Source of the DNA: Octopus sinensis | Lineage: Eukaryota | Length of the DNA stretch: 64,000 nucleotides | Direction: 5' to 3' | NCBI RefSeq assembly: GCF_006345805.1 | Contig: NC_042997.1 | Location: 152,086,001 to 152,150,000, forward strand | Notes under the pieces: generated by a model | Databases searched by the model: none | The model's input: the letters and a program-made list of their open reading frames with translations, nothing else | What the model was told of the DNA's origin: nothing | Shown: in pieces, positions 53,745 through 64,000 of the stretch | Layout of the letters: every line of letters begins with the position of its first letter | Numbering within the stretch: position 1 is the stretch's first letter | Program-made: the position numbers and the translations under genes

Positions 53745-55262
53745 GAGACGGCGAGATCGATAAAATAACTTAGCGGTTCGCCAAAGGAGAATGATAAAAT
53801 AACTTTGCGGTTCGTCAAACGTGTTCGATAAAATAACTTAGCAGTTTGCCAAAGGTGATCGATAAAATAAATTAGTAGTTCGCCAAGCATGATCGATAAA
53901 ATAATACTAGCGGTTCGTCAAAGGAGATCGATAAAATAACTTAGCGGTTCGCCAAACATGACCGATGAAATAACTTAGCGGTTCGTCAAACGTGATCGAT
54001 AAAATAAATTAGCGGTTCGCCAAACGTGATCGATAAAATAACGTAGCGGTTCGCCAAAAGACATCCATAAAATAACTTAGTGGTTCGTCAAAGGAGATCG
54101 ATAAAATAACCTAGCGGTTCGCCAAACGTGATCCATAAAATAACTTAGCGGTTCCCCAAAGGAGATCGATAAAATAACTTAGCGGTTCGCCAAACGTTAT
54201 TGATAAAATAACGTAGCGGATCGTAAAACGTGATCTATGAATAAACTTAGCGGTTCGTCAAGCGTCTCGATAAAATAACTTAGCGGTTCGCCAAACATAA
54301 TCGATAAAATAAGGTAGCGGTTCGTCAAACGTGATCGATAAAATAACTTAGCGGATCGTCAAAGGATATCGGTAAAATAACTTAGGGGTTCGTCAAAGAA
54401 TATTGATAAAATAACGTAGCGGTTCCCCAAATGTGATCGATAAAATAACTTAGCGGATCGTCAAAGGACATCCATAAAATAACTTAGCGGTTCCTCAGAG
54501 AAGATCGATAAAATAACTTAGCGATTCGTCAAAGATGATCGATAAAATAACTTAGCGGTTCGTCAAACGTGATCGATAAAGTACCGTAGCGGTTCGCCAA
54601 AGTATATCGATAAAATAACTTAGCGGTTGAAGAAAACTAGCGGTTCGTCAAGCGTTCTCGATAAAATAACTTAGCGGCTCGCGAACGTGATCGATAAAAA
54701 AACTTAGCGCTTCGCCATAGGAGATTGATTAAATAACGTAGGGTTTCGTCAAACGTGATTTATGAAATAAACTAGCGGTTTGCCAACACTACCGATAAAA
54801 TAAACTAGCGGTTCATCAAATATGATCGATAAAATACCGTAGCGGTTTGTCAAACATGATCGATAAAATAACCTAGCGGTTCGCCAAACGTGATCGATAA
54901 AATAAACTAGCGGTTCGCCAAACATAATCGATAAAATAACTTAGCGGTTCGCCAAAGGATAGCGGTAAAATAACTTAGCGGTTCGTCAAAGGAGATCGAT
55001 AAAATAACTTAGCGTTTCGCCAAAGGATATCGGTAAAATAACCTAGCGGTTTGTCAAAGGAGATCCATAAAATAACGTAGCGGTTCCCCAAACGTGATCG
55101 ATAAAATAACTTAGCGTTTCGTCAAACGTGATCGATTGAGCAACTTAGCAATTCGTCAAACATGATCTATAAAATAACTAGCGGTTCACCTATCCTCATC
55201 GATAAAATAACTTTGCGGTTCGCCAAAGGAGATCGATAAATTAAGTTAGCTCGATAAAATAA
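53745..55262. repeat. 34-bp minisatellite, ~44 units
   Basis: Unit gatcgataaaataacttagcggttcg(c/t)caaa(cgt/gga); 34-bp period measured at 53994 to 54028. Confidence 0.97.
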
Positions 55263-55490
55263 CTAATAAGTTCGAGACATTCAAAAGTCTAAACATCCCT
55301 TAAAGTTCCTCCGAATATATCCAGCGGTTCCAGATACCTTGCTATTATTGCCTCCGCCCTAGTGGAGGCGGAGGTATTGTTTTCAGTCGCGTTTGTGTTG
55401 TTTGTTTGTGGGCAAGATATCTCTAGAACCGCTGGACATATTCGGAGGAAACTGTAATATATATATATATATTATATATATATATATAAT

Positions 55491-58087
55491 TTCAACAATT
55501 GAGGGCAAAATTAATTAATTATTAATCAATTTCACCAAGTGTTCAGTATGCAAAGGGACCATTCAAGGCGAATTCAAAATTATTACATTATATAAAAGGG
55601 CTTAGTAAAAAAATTACTTTGCCGCATACTGAACTCATTAGAAATAGCAGCTAAAAAACTTTTTTAAGGCTATTTCTAATACTTAAAGAAAATCTCTCTC
55701 ATATATAGTGTTTGCATAATTTAACTCACAAAAGTTGGGGTGTAATGACATCGAAAAATCAAATGCTAAGGTTATTCGAGAACGTACGTTTCAAGATTAG
55801 TCAAAACAACATTTCTATCATCGGCTCGGAAATCCTTGGTTTGGATTTGGAAACACTGAAAATAAGAACTACCCTCTCGAAGATCTGCTCCCAACTAACA
55901 GTGCCAACAAATTCAAAATAAGCAAGCGAAGAATCTCTGTTCTCCCCTTTCACCAGCGTGGGTTAAAATCATCAAACTCTATGCTTATTTCGGTAAAGTC
56001 CGAAGCATTAATCAAGGAGAGAGATTAATTATAATTTCAACAATTGAGGGCAAAATTAATTAATTATTAATCAATTTCACCAAGTGTTCAGTATGCAAAG
56101 GGACCATTCAAGGCGAATTCAAAATTATTACATTATATAAAAGGGCTTAGTAAAATAAATTACTTTGCCGCATACTGAACTCATTAGAAATAGCAGCTAA
56201 AAAACTTTTTTAAGGCTATTTCTAATACTTAAAGAAAATCTCTCTCATATATAGTGTTTGCATAATTTAACTCACAAAAGTTTGGGGGTAATGACATCGA
56301 AAAATCAAATGCTAAGGTTATTCGAGAACGTACGTTTCAAGATTAGTCAAAACAACATTTCTATCATCGGCTCGGAAATTCCTTGGTTTGGATTTGGAAA
56401 ACATGAAAATAAGAACATACCCTCTCGAAGATCTGCTCCCAACTAACAGTGCAACAAATTCAAAATAGCAAGCGAAGAATCTCTGTCTCCCCTTTCCACC
56501 AGCGTGGGTTAAAATCATCAAACTCTATGCTTATTTCGGTAAAGTCCGAAGCATTAATCAGAGGGAGATAATTATAATTTCAACAATTGAGGGCAAAATT
56601 ATTAATTATTAATCAATTTCACCAAGTGTTCAGTATGCAAAGGGACCATTCAAGGCGAATTCAAAATTATTACATTATATAAAAGGCTTAGTAAAATAAA
56701 TTACTTTGCCGCATACTGAACTCATTTAGAATAGCAGCTAAAAAACTTTTTTAAGGCTATTTCTAATACTTAAAGAAAATCTCTCTCATATATAGTGTTT
56801 GCATAATTTAACTCACAAAAGTTGGGGGTAATGACATCGAAAAATCAAATGCTAAGGTTATTCGAGAACGTACGTTTCAAGATTAGTCAAAACAACATTT
56901 CTATCATCGGCTCGGAAATTCCTTGGTTTGGATTTGGAAACACTGAAAATAAGAACATACCCTCTCGAAGATCTGCTCCCAACTAACAGTGCCAACAAAT
57001 TCAAAATAAGCAAGCGAGAATCTCTGTTCTCCCCTTTCCACCAGCGTGGGTTAAAATCATCAAACTCTATGCTTATTTCGGTAAAGTCCGAAGCATTAAT
57101 CAGAGGGAGATAATATAATTTCAACAATTGAGGGCAAAATTAATTAATTATTAATCAATTTCACCAAGTGTTCAGTATGCAAAGGGACCATTCAAGGCGA
57201 ATTCAAAATTATTACATTATATAAAAGGGCTTAGTAAAATAATTACTTTGCCGCATACTGAACTCATTAGAAATAGCAGCTAAAAAACTTTTTTAAGGCT
57301 ATTTCTAATACTTAAAGAAAATCTCTCTCATATATAGTGTTTGCATAATTTAACTCACAAAAGTTTGGGGGTAATGACATCGGAAAAATCAAATGCTAAG
57401 GTTATTCGAGAACGTACGTTTCAAGATTAGTCCAAAACAACATTTCTATCATCGGCTCGGAAATTCCTTGGTTTGGATTTGGAAACACTGAAAATAAGAA
57501 ATACCCTCTCGAAGATCTGCGCCAACTAACAGTGCCAACAAATTCAAAATAAGCAAGCGAAGAATCTCTGTCTCCCCTTTCCACCAGCGTGGGGGTTAAA
57601 ATCATCAAACTCTATGCTTATTTCGGTAAAGTCCGAAGCATTAATCAGAGGGAGATTAATTATATTTCAACAATTGAGGGCAAAATTAATTAATTATTAA
57701 TCAATTTCACCAAGTGTTCGGTATGCAAACGGGACCATTCAAGGCGAATTCAAAATTATTACATTATATAAAAGGGCTTAGTAAAAAAATTACTTTGCCG
57801 CATACTGAACTCATTAGAAATAGCAGCTAAAAAACTTTTTTAGGCTATTTCTAATACTTAAGAAAATCTCTCTCATATTAGTGTTTGCATAATTAACTCA
57901 CAAAAGTTTGGGGGGTAATGACATCGAAAAATCAAATGCTAAGGTTATTCGAGAACGTACGTTTCAAGATTAGTCAAAACAACATTTCTATCATCGGCTC
58001 GGAAATTCCTTGGTTGGATTTGGAAACACTGAAAATAAGAACATACCCTCTCGAAGATCTGCTCCCAACTAACAGTGCCAACAAATT

Positions 58088-58092
<5 letters not shown>
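55491..58092 (-). repeat. Tandem array of a ~545-bp unit x 4.8, TA-flanked, each unit with a hammerhead-like motif
   Basis: Units start at 55491, 56036, 56579, 57120 and 57666; copies differ mostly by 1-bp indels. Confidence 0.97.
55775..55830 (-). ncRNA. Hammerhead-like motif (U4C core variant); further copies at 56321-56376, 56861-56916, 57405-57461, 57948-58003
   Basis: cgag-CCGAUGA-u-aga...ucu-u-GAAA-CGUACG-U-U-cucg; palindromic ACGUACGU stem III, 4-bp stem I, weak stem II. Confidence 0.5.
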
Positions 58093-58173
<81 letters not shown>

Positions 58174-58331
58174 ATATATATCTATATATATATATAATAT
58201 ATATAAACGAAATTTAAATTTTCTAAAGGTTAGTTGCCCGTTTTCAGTTTCAATTTTCCTGTAACAAGCGGATATAAGTGGATAAAACAGTGTATTTGGC
58301 TTTAGAATAACCCTCTTTAGCCCTTAATATA

Positions 58332-58391
<60 letters not shown>

Positions 58392-58392
<1 letters not shown>

Positions 58393-58720
58393 CCGAGACC
58401 CCCTTCGGTCACGACACTGACCATGGGATTGCACCGAGAAAGTTACCCTCCTAGTCACAAGTCTGGGCATGGTTGTATGGAAGACCAGCAGTCACCCATG
58501 CATACCAGCCTCCCCTCTCCACGCCACCAGTGTTATCCAAGGGAAGGCAAAGGCCGATACAGCTTGGCACCTGTGACGTCGCAACTCATTTCTACAGCTG
58601 AGTGAACTGGAGCAACTGAAATAAAGTGTCTTGCTCAAGAACACAACACGCAGCCCGGTCCGGGATTCGAGCTCACAACCTCACGATCGTAAGCTCGACG
58701 CTCTAACCACTGAGCCATGT
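58392..58720 (-). mobile_element. tRNA-derived SINE (family B), full length
   Basis: Minus strand catggctcagtggttagagcg...gagctcgaatcccgg...tgtgttcttgagcaagacacttt. Confidence 0.88.
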
Positions 58721-58751
58721 ATGTATTATATATATATATATATATATATAA

Positions 58752-59141
58752 TATTACTCTTTTACTCTTTTACTTGTTTCAGTCATTTGACTGCGGCCAT
58801 GCTGGAGCACCGCCTTTAGTCGAGCAAATCGACCCGGGACTATTCTTTGTAAGACCAGTACTTATCTATCGGTCTTTTGCCGAACCGCTAAGTGACGGGG
58901 ACGTAAAACCCACCAGCATCGGTTGTCAAGCAATGCTAGGGGGACAAACACACATACACAAACACACACACATACACACATACACACATATATATATATA
59001 TAGATATACGACAGGCTTCTTTCAGTTTCCGTCTACCAATCCACTCACAAGGCATTGGTCGGCCCGGGGCTATAGCAGAAGACACTTGCCCGGAACCATG
59101 TGGTTGGTTAGCAAGCTACTTACCACACAGCCACTCCTGCG

Positions 59142-59211
<70 letters not shown>

Positions 59212-59222
59212 ATATATATATA

Positions 59223-59260
<38 letters not shown>

Positions 59261-59657
59261 CGCAGGGGGCTGTGTGGTAAGTAGCTTGCTAACCAACCAC
59301 ATGGTTCCGGGCAAGTGTCTTCTGCTATAGCCCCGGGCCGACCAATGCCTTGTGAGTGGATTTGGTAGACGGAAACTGAAAGAAGCCTGTCGTATATATC
59401 TATATATATATATATGTGTGTATGTGTGTATGTGTGTGTGTTTGTGTATGTGTGTTTGTCCCCCTAGCATTGCTTGACAACCGATGCTGGTGTGTTTACG
59501 TCCCCGTCACTTAGCGGTTCGGCAAAAGAGACCGATAGAATAAGTACTGGTCTTACAAAGAATAAGTCCCGGGGTCGATTTGCTCGACTAAAGGCGGTGC
59601 TCCAGCATGGCCGCAGTCAAATGACTGAAACAAGTAAAAGAGTAAAAGAGTAAAAGA
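58752..59657. repeat. Head-to-head palindrome of two family A SINEs (~390-bp arms) around a ~110-bp (TA)n spacer
   Basis: 58752-59144 is the near-perfect reverse complement of 59258-59657; both arms share the same internal deletion. Confidence 0.95.
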
Positions 59658-60412
59658 TATATATATATATATATGTGCGTATGTAATTGGAGAGCTCTCT
59701 GTATTAACGGTCCCGAGGTCTTTTGGTAGACTCGTATTAAAGACTTTGTTGAGAAGAAGGGAGATGAAGGATGCACAAAAGTCCCAAATTACTCAATAAA
59801 TATTTTCATACTTTTTATATTATTTTTATATTTTAAACTTGAATGGTATTTTATTTCAGTATTTGATGTTTTATCTATATTTTTCGATTTTATTTTTACC
59901 ATTGTTGTCTGTTTATGGCTTACAATATTGACAGCCGTATATGTGTGTTTGTGTGTCTGTGCCTGTTTGTGTGTCTATATGTGCTTGTGCGTGTGTGTTT
60001 GTGAGTGAGTGTAAGTCTGTGTGTATTTGTGTTTGTCTGAGTGTGTTTTGGAGAGGATTTTGTGAGCGTGTGTGTGTGTCTGAATGTATGTATGTATGGA
60101 CAGTAACAAAATCTTTATGCTAGTTCTGCTCTGAGAAAACGTTCGAAATGTCAAGTAAAAGATGAAACATTCTCAACACAAAGACGCAGTAAAGAAGTAA
60201 ATAGCACCAGAAAAAGAAGTTGTCTCTGTAACCATAGCAGAACACGTAGACTGGATGAATTTGCTTGATGTAAGATCGACACACCGCCGGAAGTTAACCA
60301 ACTGAAAGCCCGGAAGAGTGATCTGTCTGCTTCGAACAAATATATAAACTCAATAGAATATACTGAGTTCTTGTCTTTGAGTTTATACACTTAAAAGACT
60401 TCCACCTCTCTC

Positions 60413-60462
<50 letters not shown>

Positions 60463-60614
60463 CCTCTCTTTCCTCTCTACATCCTCTTTCTCTCCTCTCT
60501 CTCTCTTCCTCTCTCTCTCTCTTCTCTCTCTATCTATCTATTATCTATCTCTATCTATCATCTATCTATCTATCTATCTATCTATCTTATTATCTCTATC
60601 GATCTACCTATAGT

Positions 60615-60646
<32 letters not shown>

Positions 60647-60648
60647 AT

Positions 60649-63600
60649 ATACTTTGATACTTTGATACTTTGATAGGTTTCGGCCATTATTGGCCCAGGC
60701 CATGTCTAACTTAATAGCACCACCTGGTGAAGTCTTTCAAGTCGAATTTGGGCACTATGGCCCACTCAAGTAGAGAGTTATTGTTTACAGAGACATATCC
60801 AGTGTAGGGGGTTTATCCGGGATTTCTTGAAGAATCTGTCCAAAGACTTCTTGAACCCGATAGGTCAGTTTCTGTTTTAATGTGTTTTGGTGTAATGTTA
60901 AAGAGAGCGGGGCCAATTGAGGTGAAATAATTGTGCTGTATTGTTGTTATGAGATAGAGTGCGATTTTTGTTTTGGGCGGATGGCACGGGGGCCAAGCCT
61001 TGGATGTACCTTAAAGGTGATGCAACATCATTTGGCAAGGCTGATGGAATATTTTCCACATCATGCAGATGATGTAGCGCTCACGACGACGTTGGAGAGA
61101 ATAGAGTTTTAGCTTTTCTAGCCGACCCCAATAGTCGAGGCCTGTCATGCCATCTATCTTTTTTGTGATTGCCCTTTGAGGTGCTTCAACTTTTTGATAC
61201 CTTGTATTGTGTGGGGAGACCACAGTGGACAACAGTATCCAAGGTGGGGTCGGGCAAAAGTGGAGAAGAGAAGGATAATGGTGTGGATATCTCTCGACTG
61301 GAAAGTTCTGAGAATCCAGGAACACATTCTGGCGGGCCATGTCAACTTTGGTGTTTATATGAGTGGCCCAGCTTACGTTGTTGTCCACAATTACTCCACT
61401 CCCAAGTCTCTGATGTTGTTGGACGCCGCGAGAGTTTCACCTGAAGGAAGGAGTATGGGAGTTTCAGGGCATCCTCTTTTCCAAAGTGGATTAGCTCAAA
61501 TTTATCCTCGTTCAGCAGCATATTGTTTTTTTCTGCCCATTGGATAACAGCCAGTAGATCTGACTGAAGGCATGTCCGGTTCACTCGCCTCATTTATGAC
61601 CTTCTGTAGCTTGGAGTCATCTGCAAAGATTTTTATGTTTGGTGCTTGATGATGTCATTAATGTCATTAATGTAAATGATGAAAAGAAGTGGGCCCAGCA
61701 CAGTGCCTTGCGGAACGCCACTACTGACTTTGGCTGGGCTTGATTTACTACCCCTTCAACTACAACATGTTGAGATCTGTCTGTCAGGAAACACTTAATC
61801 CATTTCAGTAACTTTCCAGAGACACCAATGTTGATAGTTTTTTTCAATAGGATCTTGTGATCGACCCTGTCGAAGGCCTTACTGAAATCAAGGTAGATGA
61901 CATCGGTGTTGGAGCCCTCTCCCAAAGCTCTCAAAATGTCCTCAAAGTGATGCAGAGCTGCGTTAGGCAGTCCCTTCCATTACGGAACCATGTTGGTTGG
62001 AGATCAGCCGTCTGTTGCTTTCCAGAATTGGGTTATCGAGATCTCACCACCCTCTCAAATACCTTGATGATATGAGAGGTGAGTGAGATCGGACGGTAAT
62101 TCACTGCAAGGGACTTGTTTCCCTTTTTGAAAACTGGGACAACAGACTGGGACAGAAGGTTTTTTGGAATATAGCCAGCATCCAGTGAGTTTCTCCACAG
62201 ATTAGTAAGGGGAGATGCAAGTTGGTGTCGACACACCTTCAGGACACAAGCAGGAACCTATCGGGGCCTACTGCTGAATTGTGTTTTATTTCGTTTATCG
62301 CCGCTAAGACATCAGGGGCACTAAACGTTATGTCCGATATAGTGTGTTGGGGGTTGACATCACTGATACAGCCCAGATCGGCCATATCAGGATTGCTGAA
62401 AACAGAGCAGTATTGTTTCTGCAGTATCTCGGCCATGGATTTGGCATTATCTTGAGAGTGCCAGTTTCGTCAATTAGAGGGCCTACAGTGGAGACAGTGA
62501 CCCTGCGTTTCCTCGCAAATGAAAAGAACACTTTGGGGTTGAGTTTGATTTTTTCAATGGCCCACTTCTCCTCAGCTGATCTTTGTTATTGATGAGGGTC
62601 TTCATGCATTGTTGGAGGTTATATTTTTTGGATTCAAGCAGTGCGATAGCCGTCGAATGTGTGTTGTTGCTGTGGCAGTACTTTAGTTTGTTAATTTTTT
62701 TGTTTGTTCTTTTTATTTTCTGATAATGGTTTTTCTGTTTTGGGGGATTCTGCACTTTTTTTCACAGGTCTTGGTGGGGAGTGTTTTGCACATATGTCTG
62801 TGACGGTGTCTACAAAGATCTGCCAGAGTAATGTTATGGTTGGTGGAGATGTGTGTATGTGTAAAGGACCAGTCAACATTTGATAGCTCGTTCCTGATTG
62901 CATCCCAGTGGCTTTATGGAGATCCATGTTGTCAAATGGGTGGGCTGGAGGAAGGTCACTAGGATTAGCTTTCGGTCGGTTGTGGAATTTCATGTTACAG
63001 ACACCATGTCATGGTCTGAAAGAAGTTTTTTCCACTGCAACGTTATGTATAGTGTTAGTGTGGTTACTAAACACTAGGTCCAAAATGTTCTGATGTCTTG
63101 TTGGTGCAAGGACAAGTTGGGACAAGAAAAACTCATTCGTAAAGTCGAAAAGTGACTCTGCTGCTTCTTTGTCAGCGGTTGAGGCGGGAGTGCTTGGTTT
63201 CAAACAGTTTGTAGTCCAGTCAACACAGGGTAGATTGAAGTCTCCCATCATGAGTATGTTGCTAGAATGGCACTGTTGAATAAAGCACTTAATGCTGTTG
63301 AGGCATTCTTTAAAGCACAGTATGGTGTTTGGGGCGGCCTATAGAGCCCATTACTGTCAGGTCATTGGCTTTGTTGTGCACGGTGACTGATTCACAGTAG
63401 CCGTTGGAGAATATACTATTTCCATCTGCCGTAAATGAATCATGCAGGAAAATGGCAGTTCCACCCTTCCTCCTGCCGATACGATCCGCGCGGATGGTTG
63501 TGAAATTCTTCACTCTCACTTCGGCTTCCAAGTGGGAGTTGTCAAGGTGGGTCTCAGTGAGAATGAAGAAAGGTATGTGGTGTGAATGGTTACCAACCCA

Positions 63601-64000
63601 GTCTTCAATGAATTGGACCTTCCATTTTTGTGCATTGATGGAAGGGCTGACACCTTGTGCATTGAGTAGGAATGTGGAGGTTAGTGTAGTGGCTGGTTTT
63701 GACTGTTGCAGGGGCTTGGATTTTTTGTGTGTGTTAGTGGCAGCAATGTGGGGAATTGGTGCACGGGGTAATAGCATAGGATGGTGTTGAGTGATGGCTA
63801 GAATGTTTTTGTGTATCTCTTTTGCCATGTTCAACATGGCTAAAAAAGAATTTTCCTGCTTAGGGAGTAGTTTTTTGGCTGGAGGTGTGGTTGCACTGTT
63901 GGATAGGGTTGTAGTTTCCACTTTTGTTGTTGTTGTTTTTGTGTCTTCCTGAAAAGACTGGACCAGCATTACTGCAGCATGGTGTTTCTATTTTTATTGT
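60649..64000 (-). mobile_element. CR1-clade LINE (APE endonuclease + RT), frameshifted, continues beyond the window
   Basis: APE: LNAQG..LTETHL..IRADR..RKGGTAIF, GDFNLP, LDLVFSN; RT: VVPVFKKGNKSLAVNYRPISLTS, DVIYLDFSKAFDRVDH, SLQRRRERY; tail (atcaaagt)3. Confidence 0.92.

Noticed and set aside
53745-55262. 34-bp periodic repeat resembling a CRISPR array
   Set aside because: Units are contiguous with no unique spacers, there are no cas genes, the context is eukaryotic, and the unit derives from a SINE
35-60123. Hundreds of ORFs rich in YI, CV, HT, MYVC or IYLS
   Set aside because: They are translations of (TA)n, (TG)n, (TATG)n and (GATA)n microsatellites that lack stop codons

Overview
AT-rich, microsatellite-saturated eukaryotic DNA with no recognisable host gene, so probably intronic or intergenic. 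The SINE types and simple-repeat density point to an octopod cephalopod (inference). Recognisable mobile elements: a 5'-truncated Dong/R4-type LINE with a restriction-like endonuclease (RLE), sitting in a (TAA)n tract (4.9-7.8 kb); short RLE-LINE and RTE-LINE 3' fragments (15-16 kb); a decayed DD34E Tc1 transposase (37-38 kb); three L1/Tx1-type 3' ends at GATA tracts (40.9-43.4 kb); a long CR1-type LINE running off the right edge (60.6-64 kb); many tRNA-derived SINEs; and several MITEs. The most unusual signal is a set of minimal type I hammerhead-ribozyme (HHR)-like motifs with palindromic stem III in several unrelated repeat families. One lies in a repeat body that elsewhere follows a tRNA-like head (4.65 kb), one stands alone (34.1 kb), there are decayed copies, and one sits in every unit of a ~545-bp x 4.8 tandem array (55.5-58.1 kb) with a retrozyme/Penelope-like layout. 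Also present: a 34-bp minisatellite amplified from a SINE segment, fold-back palindromes and local tandem duplications. Nearly all ORFs in the supplied track are microsatellite artefacts. Many 1-bp indels suggest long-read assembly errors. All alignments and folds were done by eye; coordinates of decayed repeats are approximate.
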